A stretch of DNA of 64,000 nt from Callorhinchus milii (lineage: Eukaryota), in NCBI RefSeq assembly GCF_018977255.1, contig NW_024704742.1:54500001-54564000 (forward strand), read 5' to 3'. Positions 11,941 to 24,689 of the stretch are shown here, piece by piece. The position numbers and the translations under genes are program-made. The notes below the pieces were generated by a model, which was given only the letters and a program-made list of their open reading frames with translations, was not told the origin of the DNA and did not search any database. Each line of letters starts with the position of its first letter. Position 1 is the first letter of the stretch.

Positions 11941-13154
11941 ATTGTTTTGGACAAATTTTGAAAAAACTAGTAAATTGTCCAGGATTCTAGTTGGGGGCAT
12001 AGAAAGCAGAATGAATTGGTCACTGCAACATGCGTAGGTAGAAACCAGTACACATTTGAAACGAAAACATGCAACAGTATATGAAGAAAGTGCTGTTCAC
12101 TTTAAAATAAAAAAAACTGTTCTCGGTACTCATTATCATCCTCCACATAATTAACTCACCCAGATTTTCTCCTTAACTGGCATTATGGCTATTTACCTTG
12201 CTAGACCGCCATAAAGCTTGTTAATGCTCTAGCAATGTGACATTCTTATCTGACTTACAACAATTTACAAACAAGCAAATTGATGGAATATAACTTTTAA
12301 TGACATTCATTAAAATATAAATTTTAATAACATTTAATGCCCAATTTCAAATTGTGCTATGCATCCAATACTACCGATAGAATCTTCAGGGGCTGGGAAA
12401 GGCAAGCAGTTTGCAGATTATTAACAAATGTTGACTGGATCCTGCTGTTAAGTATTCTTCAGGCATGCTTGTGACCCAGTGTCAATTTATCCATGCGGTG
12501 TCTCCATTAAGTGGATAAGGATCTTTTCCCCCACATAGAATTCACAAAAGAACTCATTAGTTTAAGGATAGCTACCATCAGCACTTCAAATGGACTGCCG
12601 CAAAAATACAATTGCCCGTGCTTTTAAACTGATTGTGAAATTGAACTAAAAACAAATCTTGTCTCCTTTGCTTTTCATTATTAAATGAGCTTCATTTCAC
12701 AAATATTACAACTGGCCAATTAACTTGAACAATATGAAAGTGTTAAAGGGCAGGAGAGGTTTTGGAGACAAAACCAGTTAAAATTAACCTGAACAGTAGT
12801 CAATGAGATGGGGGTGGAAATTGTGATTTTTCATAAGAGACTTGTGATGTTAATCAAATTTGTTATGAAACATCATAATTTTCATGCTAATTTTCTCGAT
12901 TAAATTGTAGGGGAATCAGGCCTGAGGAATTAGGAACAAATGGGCCTTTTCACTGAATATCTAAGATTTTATAATAATAGTAATAATAATAAGAAGAAGA
13001 AGATAATAATAACAATAATCATTCTTGCGTTTGCCACAGCACCTTTCGCATAGGAAGAAAGACAAAGCACTTTGTTTTGATATGTTGTATATCCTGTAAA
13101 GTAGCATGACTATTTTGTGGGCATCTAAGAAACCATATGTATGAAATTATCAAG

Positions 13155-13432
13155 TTCCGGATACTATTAGGTGTAGATTGACAAGAGATAAGGCTTGGGG
13201 ACTCCCCAATGCACACTTGCCAACCTGTGTCTAATACCTTCCGGAATTGGGTGAGCAGGATACTTCCCTCCAGGGAGAGAGTGCACATTCCATTCCAACT
13301 ATCTATCTCTGGGATTTCCATGTGTAGGAGGGATGCATGGAAATCTCAACTTGGTTTGGATACTCTTAAGCATAGTGATATGCTTCCACATGTGGCAGGC
13401 ACCCGACTGACCAAACAACAAGGTGTGCAATC
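13155..13432. repeat. Unclassified interspersed repeat 'family X', with inverted partial copy
   Basis: cttgccaacctg..ctaata..ttccggaatt...gagagagtgcacattccattcca...tttccatgtg is shared with copies at 33345, 36165, 51805 and 62850. Confidence 0.8.
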
Positions 13433-13621
13433 CTACCTAGTCTTAGCCTCTAAGGCACATTCTATTGCCTAATAAGACAAATTTAAGATCACCACAGAAC
13501 TGTAGAAAATGCTTAAATCCAATTTTGATTTCAAAGCTGTTTCCGCAGTTTTTAAACAGGAACTAGGTTCCAAGTTAAGATTGAATTCAGGATTTTTTCC
13601 ACAATACTGTGTGTTTTAACT

Positions 13622-13818
13622 CTCTCCCTCAACCCCTCCACCTTGCCCCCTTCTTCCCCCTTTCAAATCCCACCTGAAGACCTTTCTTTTTGATGGTGCT
13701 TACGGTCACCTCCTCCCTCCTTCTCCTTCTGGGATCAGACTCCACCACCGTTAAGCGCTCCGGGACTTTACCCGGCGTGAAGGGCGCTATATAAATACAT
13801 GTTGTTGCTGCTGCTGCT
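13622..13818 (+). mobile_element. L2 3' end fragment
   Basis: tttcaaatcccacctgaagacctttcttttt...gggcgctatataaatacatgttgttgctgctg. Confidence 0.85.
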
Positions 13819-14235
13819 TTGGGAGTGTGGATTTCGTACTTCTTTGTCATACAGTGGACTAAAGTTAAAGAACTATTCAGATGGCTATAATTTTTTTTAA
13901 ATTCTCATGTTTAAAACTCAAGGTACTAACAATACAGAACTGAAATAGCCTTGAGGAAGAAATCATTTCCCAGAGGTTGGAGGAGTGTTCAGCTCTAAGT
14001 CAGTTGCTAAATAGTGGACAAAATGACCAGAAATTGTATCCATTGTGATGATTATCACTAGTGAATATTAACACATCACGCATTGCACATTTCCCACTAT
14101 TAAAATAAATTGGTGGCAGCAATAATAGCAAAAATAGCAACTTCTATTTTCTCATCCCATTCATAAGTCTTTTACATGGGTTCAGATCTTCTGTAAAGCA
14201 AGTGCTAAATCTAAAAGCTTCTTTCTTCTGCTACA

Positions 14236-14586
14236 ATAATAATAATAATCCTTGCATTTGATATAGTGCCCCATCACCTCTTCGTGATATCTCAAAGCGC
14301 TTCACAGAATATACTGTAAAGTGAATTGACTGTATACTTTGTGGGCGAAATACGACAGCCATTTGCGCACAAGTCTCCCACAAACATTTGTGAATTGAAT
14401 GACCACATTTAAAAATATATATATTTTATTTTTATTTATTACCTCCGAAAAAGCAATTCGCCAAATGACCTATTTACTGCTCGGTAAACAAAGGCATCTG
14501 GTCAAAGGTTTCGCCCTGCCGAGGAATCAAACCCAGGTCCTCTCATTTGCGAGGCAAGTGTGCTAACCAATACGCTACAGGACCCC
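14236..14586 (-). mobile_element. Young SINE, long variant
   Basis: Tail, body, long-variant insert and head ending gctacaggaccc. Confidence 0.88.
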
Positions 14587-14699
14587 ACAATTCAAGGTTA
14601 AGAAATAATTGCCCACATAGGGTTGGTTTGCTTAGCATTGATAGTAATGAGGTGTTTAACATATTTGGATTATTTTAATTAATAACAATCAAAAGAATA

Positions 14700-15200
14700 G
14701 AATATTGTGTGCAGCTTTGGTCTCCTTATTTAAGAAAGAACATACTCGCTTTAGAGGGGGTGCAACGTAAATTCACTAGGTTGGTTCTTGGGATGAGGGG
14801 GTTGACATATGAGGAGTAAACTAGGCCAACATTCTCTAGAATATAGAAGAATTAGAGGTGATCTTATAGAAACCTATATGATTCTTAAGGGTCTTGACAG
14901 GGTAGACTGTTTCTCCTGGTTGGAGAATCTAGAGGTCATAGTCTCAAGATTAAGGGTCAGTCTTTTCGAACTGAGTTGAGGAAACATTTGTGGAATTCTC
15001 TACCCCGGAAGGCTGTGGATGCTCAGTCATTGAACATATTCAAGACTGAGGTTAATAGATTTCTAAAGGATAGAGGGATTAAGGCATATGGGCATAGGGC
15101 GGGTAAATGGAATTAGGTAAGAAGATCAGCCATGATCTTATTATATGGTGGGGCAAGCTCGAGGGGCCGAATGGCCTACTCCTGCGTCTTATGGTCTTAA
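14700..15200 (+). mobile_element. CR1 LINE 3' fragment
   Basis: EYCVQ-WSP region, RRIRGDLIETY, 3' UTR gatcagccatgatc...gaatggcctactcctgc. Confidence 0.9.
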
Positions 15201-15204
15201 AATA

Positions 15205-15490
15205 GTAATACTTGCATATGACATTTTACATCATTAAGACAAGTCAAAGCGCTTCACAGGATCTTACTATAATTTGTTGTGATATTTTGTATTTTGATAT
15301 TTTATGTATATTTTGTAGGCGAACACAACAACTATTTTTTTGTGCACAGAAGCAGCCATGAAGTGAATGAAAAATTTTATTCAGGGATTGTTGGCCACAA
15401 TACACTCTTTTCAAATAGTGACATGGGATCATTAACACCAACCTGATCAGTCAAATGGGACCTTGGTTTAACTTCTCAACTGAAGGATGG
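15205..15490 (-). mobile_element. Old Deu-domain SINE, partial
   Basis: aaatagtgacatgggatc...ggtttaacttctcaactgaagga. Confidence 0.7.
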
Positions 15491-15531
15491 CTCCGGGAGA
15501 AATCCCTTCACTCTTCGAATCATGTCATCAG

Positions 15532-15850
15532 ATAATAATAAGAATAATAATCCTTGCATTTGATATAGCGCTTTCACATCGGGAGGACGTCCCAAAGCGC
15601 TTCACAGAACACACTGTAAAGTGAATTGACTGTATATTTGTGGGCGAACGCGGCAGCCAATTGCGCACAAAAATGTCCCACAAACAGTCGTAGATTGAAA
15701 ATGACCAATTTATTATTGTTTTGTGTTTTGGAGGGATTATTATTAGGCGTGTGGAGTAAGGAAACTTGCCCAAGGTTTTGCCTGCCTGGAATTGAACCCA
15801 GGTCTCTCGCTTGCAAAGCGAGTGCTCTAACCACTGAGCTACAGGACTCC
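15532..15850 (-). mobile_element. Young tRNA-Ala SINE, short variant, full length
   Basis: Reverse complement is near-identical to 53681-54002. Confidence 0.95.
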
Positions 15851-16119
15851 ACAATTATATACTGAAACGAAGGTAAAACACAAATAATAATGGAACAAAA
15901 CTGTTGAAGCAGAAGGGGAGCTAAAACAAAAATCTAAAAACGAATGCAAGTTAGAAGAATAAACCGGCCAAAAGGCAGGTTTATAAAATAACTAATAATA
16001 ATAGTCCCTACATTTGACATAGAGCCTTATCACTTTATCATCCAAACATTTCAAAGCGCTTTACAGTATTTAACTGTAAAGGTTGGTGTATTTGTGGGCA
16101 AAATCTGGAATATAAAGAA

Positions 16120-16310
16120 CCTAATCTTGTTCTTGCCCAACATTCATGCTTGTTCATTTCCATCAAGGATCACTAGACATTCAAATATCTGATTTCTCCC
16201 CTTCATGAACCCAAGGGCACTGAAGCTAACTGCAATGCCCCCTTGTCGTCCCTGCTGTTGGAAGTTGACACAAAACATTGAGTAAATTGGAAGTCTTCTT
16301 GGCCAGTGGC
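16120..16310 (-). mobile_element. AmnSINE2-like ancient SINE relic
   Basis: cccaagggcactgaagctaactgcaatgcccc resembles the copies at 31445 and 44230; family name is from memory of the consensus. Confidence 0.5.
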
Positions 16311-16469
16311 TTCATCAACTGATTTGGTCTCTGGTCTGCATTATTCTTTAGAGGATACATTCTCTTTAGATTTAAATTCTGTAATGCTCACCACTATTTT
16401 TTAACATTAGCATAATTTACACAAATTTTGAAAATGTCAGTTACACGTTGCTATTAGTTAATATTAATA

Positions 16470-16720
16470 ATTAACAACAATCCTTGCATTTGATATAGCG
16501 ACTTTCACATCTGGGCATGTCTCAAAGAGTTTCACAGGATTTTCTGTGAACTGAGCTGACGTGTAGGTGTACACAGCAACCAATTTATGCACAGCCTTCT
16601 CCAACAAATAGCCATGAAGCGAATGACCAATTTAAGCTGTTGGGCAGGCCATGAGAATCTCTTCCTTCAATTAATGTCATGGGATCTATAATGTCCAATT
16701 GAACAAGCAGACGGCATCTC
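16470..16720 (-). mobile_element. Old Deu-domain SINE, partial
   Basis: Tail plus gtcatgggatctataatgtcca..tgaacaagcagacgg. Confidence 0.7.
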
Positions 16721-17681
16721 CTCTTCCTCCACATTGCTTTTCACTATTAAAAACATACGTCAAGTGTGTAACTTGGGATTTTCACTCAGTGTTCTTCCAA
16801 AAGTTTTGTTGTAATTCAGTTAGTAACCGTTAAGAATGTTATTGTAAACTGACAGATAAGCTATTTCCACAGTGGCATTATCAACAGTGATAGGATGAGG
16901 TCTGCTATGATAGGATACGAAAATGTAAAACACCACTCATATCACTCATCTTGACCTTGCCAGTAATAGTGATAATATATTCTTAGTATTCTACATTATA
17001 GTGCTAGGCCACAGTATCTACTTTTTGTGCTGCAAACACATTTGGGGAAATATATCTGACATAAATTGTTGTTCATGTTTCTGTGGTGCAAATGGATTTT
17101 AATGCCAGGACTAGAGCAATTTGAAACCAGACCCAGCTATATTTAATCTTTACTGTTTAAAGTGAATGCTGCTACTGGAACTGATGTGAACATTATTTTC
17201 TGACCAAGTATTACATATGAATGTCAAGTATTCATCGTGGGTAGAAAAAGGAAGTTTATAGCCTTTCAGAAAAAAAATCAAGGAATCATTAACTCGGGAA
17301 TTGCGTGTTTCAGATAAAGCATTGGCCACACTTTGATTAAAGTGGGCTTTGAAGTACAATCAAAAGGTTTTGAGGTACTTTGATTCATCAAATTTATAAT
17401 TCACAAGTTCAAATATCTAACCAGCTCCATTTACCCTTCATTTTATTTTCTGTCTCCCTCGAGCCATGGATGTAGGAGCATGGATAAAGTTCATGTGCAT
17501 GATTATGGTAACAAGAAATATAAGAAATAAATTACTGCTATAAGCAAACGTTAATCTATCATTGAAGTAATCTGACAGAATAAAGATTATACTAATGCCT
17601 TATTCAAACACTACAGCGCTTTGATCATGTACATAGAGTTTGATTATTCTAGACTCTGAGAAGCATTCAGTCCATCTAGCT

Positions 17682-17889
17682 CAGTGGGAGGTAACTTTTT
17701 GGTTGGCCAAGCAAATACATTTCTCTTTATGGAATTTTTATTCTTTTATGGGTGCACCATGGGTATCACAGCTCAGTAGCTACTGGAAATAAGGTATTGA
17801 TTTGGTGTATACTTGTGTGGGTGTTTGGCAAGGCAAGAAGGCTATTGCAATTGACTGGTTGATCACGATGAATTGGTTGGAGATCCCTA
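17682..17889. mobile_element. hAT MITE, same family as 1108-1311
   Basis: 8-bp TSD atctagct/atctaact (7/8), degenerate CAGTGG...CCCTA termini, shared internal sequence. Confidence 0.8.
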
Positions 17890-18417
17890 ATCTAACTTGT
17901 GCTGGTGCTAGTTCTTTGACTACAGCTTCCTGGTCTAATCCCAATTCATGTATTTTCCCTTCTAATCTTTTCCATTCCCTTTTATAATACTCTTTCCTCA
18001 AATACTTCCCTGTCCCTAAGAATGTAAGGAACATTTGTGTACAGCACAGAGATTGTGGTCAAAAACTACATCATCTGTGTCATAACTTACTATTAATGTT
18101 GAATGACAGCAGTAATGTTTTTCCACACTCTGAGAAGCTCAGCATGTTGAGGGGATGCTCTATGATCCCAAAGAACCAGTCATTCCTTTCTATGACTGAT
18201 TGAATTGGGATTTCAAGTGCCTTATCAGAGATAATTGGTCTGCAACAATCATGGAAACTCCTGACAGTGACAAATTAATAGCCTGTTTAACTTCAATACT
18301 TCCTTCAAAGGCACCCCGACTATAAACTCAAATGAGGTGCATGAGGTGGTTCTTCGTTCCACCTCCTGAAGCAACAGCAGCCAACTCAGTGAGCTCTGAC
18401 AAGCCAGTAGTGTGGTT

Positions 18418-19392
18418 TGTAGGATTTTTATGTGGTACAACCCTGAGGTAAGATAGTAGACAGAGGCAATGGTTAAATCAAAGGGTGAATTTATTGATCA
18501 GCAAGACAGTTATTAAACAGTTACAACTTCATGCTTACAACTGCAGAAGATGATTCAGGGCAGGCTGATCTCAATTTTCCTTGGGGACACCAACAAACCA
18601 ATAATCCTTTGGCTAATTGTTTAGCCCACAAACCCACAAGGCCCATGGGATCCAGTGTCTCACAATGTTCAACTGTGTCTAACAGTGTCCCACGATGTCC
18701 AACCTCTTAACGTTTGTTTAGTTCTTTTATATCCCAAAGTTCAGACACATGATGATGAAATAAGACGGTGTAACCAGAGGCCATTCCACCCAATCAAAGT
18801 TCATAGTTTATTTGTCCAATCATATTCCTGAATTGATCCATCCAATCATCTTTCCACACATGGGAGGCCCCAAGGTTATCGAGGTTTTAATCTCAGGATT
18901 TTGGGAGTCTTCTCGAAGCCTCTGATACAAAGTGTGAAAAGTTCAATTCAAGACAGTTAATTGTCCTCCCTTGACACCTTCATGTCATAAAATCCTTTCA
19001 AGATCTCATCCAAGCAGTCTGCAAGGTACTGATATTTCCATTAATCAGGACAATGTCAGTTAACTCGAAACCACATATTTCTGATCTCATGAATGTTGAC
19101 TTTAGGGTTTTCTTAGTTGATTGTAGAGTCTCTTGTATCAACTCAATGTCCATTTCATTTACTTGAGATAGACTATTAGATACCATTCTTCCAAATAAGG
19201 AAAAGAACAACACCTATCCATCAAGTCTTCATCAAATGTATCTCGGAACCCAAAAACACAGACCTCACTCCATTTGGTTCAAATTCTCTCTCTCACATTC
19301 CTTAAGATCTATCAAGATTGTCCCAGTTCTTTTACATACACTTTGGGGTATCAAACAATAATTTTAATAATGATTTTAAACCTCTTCTTACA
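18418..19392 (-). mobile_element. Solo LTR, ~975 bp
   Basis: TGTAGGA...TCTTACA termini, 4-bp flanks GGTT/GCTT; minus-strand order CCAAT x3 (18790-18846), TATAAAA (18725-18731), AATAAA (18490-18495). Confidence 0.75.
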
Positions 19393-19836
19393 GCTTTGAA
19401 CACTGTAGATCTGTCCAGAGCAGAAACTGTCAACAGCCAGAGAAACAAAATATACAGTCACTACACTTTACAGTAAATTCTGTGAAATCTTTGAGATATC
19501 CTGCCGGTGTGAAAAAGGTGCTATATCAAAATTCACGACTTTCCTTATCTTCGAAAGAGCCAGAAATTCTACCCCACAAAGTAATTGGGGGGAGGGAAAC
19601 TTCCATACTCCTGCAACTTTAGTGTTCTGGGTAACAACCTCTATTGAATAGATTATATAGTAAAAGGGAAGCAAAGGGCAGCATAAAAAGCATGAAACTG
19701 AAACGTAACAACAACATGTGATGACAGGAAGATGGCATAGAATTGTGTTTAACAACCTAACCTCCAGTATAACCTCTAGAAAGGATAACGAAAAGATATA
19801 AATTGAGACTAAAGGAGAGAACATAAGATGGCAACG

Positions 19837-19854
19837 CACACACACACACACACA
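19837..19854. repeat. (CA)n microsatellite
   Basis: Directly visible. Confidence 0.9.
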
Positions 19855-20494
19855 TATGGAATTTGATGTGATTTAGGCATATTCTGCCTTTACTTGTAGA
19901 AGGAATGACTACCCAAAGTATTTAGCAAGCTAAGAAACTATTCTTTCTCTTCAAATGTTTTAATGGGATGAAAAATGTGACATTTGATAGCAAATCTGAT
20001 GTGATAGTGATGTTTCGAGTAGGCTAACTGAAAAGAAATCCCAGATTGTGAACAACGAGTGCCTCAATGATGTGCCACTGTTAAAGCTTTTTAGATCCAC
20101 TGAGGGGAATTTTAATTACATTCCCAGCCTGTCCTATAGTCCCGTTCTTTTCAATCTTTCAAGCCAATTACTGATTTAATGAAGAATCTACTTCTCAAGT
20201 TTCAGCATACTCACATACTGTTTATTTTGTGATCCAATGTCAAATCCAAACACCTGTTTCTACAAAGCAGTGTAAATCCAATTTTATTTTATTGGAGGAA
20301 GATCACAAAATGTAAAACATACCACAAGATATTTCTGTATGCAGACCAGTTGATATTCCAGCCAATATTGACAACAATAAATAAGGCTTATTAGCAAGCA
20401 GGATATAATATAGCAATCCATGCATTTGATATAGCGCCTTATCACGTTGCCTAGATGCCTCAAAGTGCTTGCTAGAATATATTATAAAGTGGAT

Positions 20495-20745
20495 TGAAGG
20501 CTCTGGGGAAGAAGTTCTTTCCAATCACCCTATTAGATCTTACTTCTAGCTACCTTATATTTAAGCCCTCTTGTTTTGGACTTGCCAACAAGTGGAAACA
20601 ACTTATCAATGTCCACCTTATCAAATCCGTTCATAAACTCAAATACTTCCATCAGGTCCCTCTCAATTGTTTCAACTCTAGAGAGAAAATCTGCAACCTG
20701 TCCAATTTTTCTTTGAATGTGTTTAGATCGGGCTTTAGTACATCT
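20495..20745 (-). mobile_element. CR1 ORF2 C-terminal fragment
   Basis: Translation RDLMEVFEFMNGFDKVDIDKLFPLVGKSKTRG. Confidence 0.8.
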
Positions 20746-20814
20746 TGTTAAAAACCGAGGAGCATGTCGGTGGCTCCAGTTATTTGGACTCAGGGTGGGG
20801 GGAAGCTGGCTCAT

Positions 20815-21100
20815 CCTGGCTCAGTGGATAGCTTGTGAGTCAGAAGATTGTTAGTTCAAGCCCCACTTGAGGACTTTGAACTCATAAGGTTCAAGACAAC
20901 ATTAAATGCAGTGTTAGGGGTTGCTCTGTATTATTGGAGGTGCTGTCCTTTTCAGTGATGTTAAATTGAGGTTAAAGATCCCATGGCACAACTTGAGGAT
21001 AAATATTGAAATATACAATCACTAAAATCAGCAGTAAATCCTGTGAACTGCTTTGCCATTCTCCTTATGTGACAGGTGTATCAAATGTAATTATTTATTT
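20815..21100 (+). mobile_element. Old tRNA/Deu SINE, internally deleted
   Basis: tggctcagtgg...tgagtcagaagattgttagttcaagccccac...ggaggtgctgtcctt...gttaaagatcccatggcac. Confidence 0.75.
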
Positions 21101-22159
21101 AATGATAAAATTCACAGCACCAGATCATTTGCCCATTATTCCCTCAATGTGTCTGTGGGGATTTAAATTTCCTCACTGGAACTCTTTTTTACAATCCCAC
21201 TCCTCTCCTCTTTCCCCATACTATGTAATAATATTTTTCCTAAAATATGTATCCAATTCCCCTTTAAATATTATTAAATATTTAACTCAGTATCATATTC
21301 CACATTCTAACAACACTTTGCATAAACATGCTTCTTACTTCTCTATTTTTTCCTTCTACCATTAATTCTCAATTATGCCTTCTTGTTCCTGACACACCAG
21401 AAAAGCCTCTATCTGTGAAAAACATTCATAATTTGGCAAACCTCTATTACATCCCCTTTCACCTCCTTTTTCAAGTCTCTCTGCATGACTTTAATCTCTC
21501 AATCTTTAACATTTGGTGAAGAAGAGAAATGGAAAAGTGGGAGTAAAAAAACAAGCAAAGCAAAGTTTAGGAAAAGGAATAAAACAAAGAAATGAATCCG
21601 AGAAGACCAAAATAAAACAATTTAATGAAAGTACAGAGAAAATAGATCCATCTTCTCTTTTCACCTCCTTTCAACAATCTGAACATTACATCTGAAGGAT
21701 GTGGTTTGGAACCTTTTGGTGATTACCAATCTTAGAAACTTGGTCAAGAGCAAAAACTACAATTGTGAGCATCTGACAACTAATGGCTGAACAGCAAATG
21801 GAGGCAACAGTTCAAGGAACAAGAGAAGGGAGAGAATGAAGAATAGATGATGCCGTGGAGAATCATTTTAAACACTATCAGCTGCATTTGGTTAGTATTT
21901 CTGAATGAATAGGTGGGTCTAAGTGTTGTTCAGTATTTCCACATTTGCCACTTCCTAAAATAATAGATCCAACATCAGAATAGGAATGATTTGAATTAGA
22001 AAACGCAGCCAGCATTGACCAGCTATTTTCTGCTAGTTACAAAAAACATGGACCATCAGTTCTAAATAATTTGTAATTTTTCAGGTGTTGGAAATTCAGA
22101 AAGGTACAAGTACAAAATGGGATGCTGGGGGTGGAGGAGTGGTGGCGGACTGTCACTGA

Positions 22160-24545
22160 ACATAACATAACATAACATGTAGGAGCAGGAGTAGGCCTGC
22201 CCTGCCATTCAATCATGGCTGATCTTCTGTTCTAACTCCAGCTAATAACCTGACCCTGTCTTATCCCCATATCCTTTAATCCCTTTTGCAATAAGAAATC
22301 TATCTGTCTCAGTCTTGAATATGTTCAAGGACTGAGCGTCAACAGCCCTTTGGGGTAGCGAGTTCCATACATTCACCACCCTTTAAGTGAAGAAGTTCTT
22401 CCTCAACTCAGTGCGAAAGGGCTGGCCTCTGATTTTAAGATTGTGACGCCTGGTTTTAGTTTCTCCAACCAGGGGAACAATCTCCCACTATCTACTCTAT
22501 CATGCCCTTTGATGATCTTATAGGTTTCTATAAGATTCCCTCTAATTCTTCTATATTCTAGAGAATATAGGTCCAAATTGGTCAGCCTATCCTCGTAACT
22601 CAACCCCTTCATCCCTGGTACTAACCCAATAAATCTACACTGCATCCTCTCCAAGGCAAGTACATCCTTCCTTAAATGAGGAGACCAAAACTGCACACAG
22701 TATTCCAGGTGTGGCCTCACCAGGGCCCTATATAGTTGCAGGAAGACTTCCCTACTCTTATACTCTAATCCTTTCATAATGAATGCTAACATACCGTTTG
22801 CCTTCCTAATTGCTGCTGCACCTGCAGACTAACTTTCTGTGATTGGTGTACAAGGACACCCAAGTCCCTCTGGACGCTAACACATTCCAATCTCTCCCCT
22901 TCTAAAAAATAACCCGCTCTACTGTTTTTGCTACCTAGGTGGATCACTTTGCACTTCCCTACATTATACTTCATCTGCCACCTACCTGCCCAATCACCTA
23001 ACCTATCTATGTCCACTGCATTTTTTTAATGTCGTCCTCTGTGTTGACACTTCCTCCTAGTTTTGTGTCATCCGCATATTTAGATATATTAACTTTGATG
23101 TCCTCATCTAAATTGTTGATGTAGATGGTAAATAGCTGAGGCCCAAGGACTGATCCTTGTGGCACTCCACTAGTCACATCCCGCCAATCTGAAAAGGACC
23201 CGTTTATCCCTACTCTTTGTTTCCTACCCGTTAACCATTCCCCAATCCACGTTAATATGCTCCCCCAATTCCATGTGCCCTTATCTTTTGGACTAACCTT
23301 TTATGCGGCACCTTATCGAATGCCTTTTGGAAGTCCAAATAGACCACATCCACTGATTCACCCTTATCTAGTTTACTCAAAATATTCTCAAAAAAATGAG
23401 ATTTGTCAAACATGACTTCCCTTTTGTAAGGCGATGTTGACTTGGCCTAATTATATTGTGCTCCTCTAAATACCGCACTACGACATCCTTAATCAATGAT
23501 TCTAAAATTTTTCCTATCACTGATGTGAGACTAACCGGCCTATAGCTCCCCATCTTTTCCTTTCCACCTTTTTTAAATAGTGGTGTGACATTTGCGATCT
23601 TCCAATCCATGGGGACTGTTCCAGAATCCAAGGAATTTTGGAAGATCAGACATAAGGCCTCCACTATCTCATAAGCTACCTCTTTTAAAACCCTGGGATG
23701 CAAGCCATCCGGACCAGGGGATTTGTCACTTTTTAGTGCTAACAGTTTCCCTAGCACCAATTCTCTACTAATGAAAATTTCCCTAAGTTGCTCCCTGTCC
23801 TTATCCCCTTGGTGCATCTCTATTGTTGGCAGACTTGTTGTGTCTTCTAGGGTGAAGACAGATGCAAAGTACCCATTTAGGGACTCTGCCATGTCCTTGT
23901 CCCCCATTACAACTTCTCCTGTCTCTGACTGAAGTGGACCTACATTTACCCTCACTAGCCTATTCCTCTTAATATATTTGTAAAAACTTTTACAATCAGA
24001 CTTAATGTTCCTAGCTAGCTTACCCTCATACTCATTTTTCTTGCTCTTAATGAGTTTTTTAGTTTTATTTGACTGGTTTCTAAAACTCTCCCAATCTTCA
24101 GATTTGCTGCTTTTCTTGGCAGTTTTATAAGCCTTTTCTTTTAACTTGATGCTTTCCCTAACTGCTCTAGTTAGCCACGAATTAATTGCTTTCCCTGTGG
24201 TACTCTTATTCCGCAAGGGACTATGCGACCGCTGAGAATTTTGTACTACATCCTTAAATATTTGCCACTGTTGGTCTACATTTTTACCTCTTAATCTTAT
24301 TCTCCAGTCAATTTTACCTAAATCTTTCCTCATACCTACAAAATTAGCCCTATTTAAATTCAGAATACTTGCCTCGGATTTAACTCTCTAACTTAATGCA
24401 AAATTCAATCATATTGTGATCACTCTGCCCTAGAGGATTCTTAATACCTACACTGCCACTAGCCCTGTTTCATTACACAAAACAAGGTCTATGATGGCTT
24501 GTCCCCAAGTTGGTTCCTCGGCATGCTGCTCTAGAAAGTTAGTTA
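22160..24545 (-). mobile_element. CR1 LINE, 5'-truncated, with frameshifted ORF2 RT region
   Basis: KSPGPDGLHPRVLKE, DWKIANVTPLFKKG, YRPVSLTS, LYRALVRPHLEYCVQFWSP; (ATGTT)n tail at 22160-22178. Confidence 0.95.
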
Positions 24546-24689
24546 ACTGAAACAACAGTTTACCCAGAAAGCTCTTACTTTGGTGACACTAAAATATTCT
24601 GAGTTTTCTCAGCCATTCAATAACAGCTTCAAATTATCAAGAAAATTTGCAATATAATATTCACCCAGTTCTTTCTTATCTCCTCGCAA

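Noticed and set aside
13019..13321. Novel protein family from recurring WNGM.TLSL peptides
   Set aside because: These are translations of repeat family X; frames are not conserved between copies
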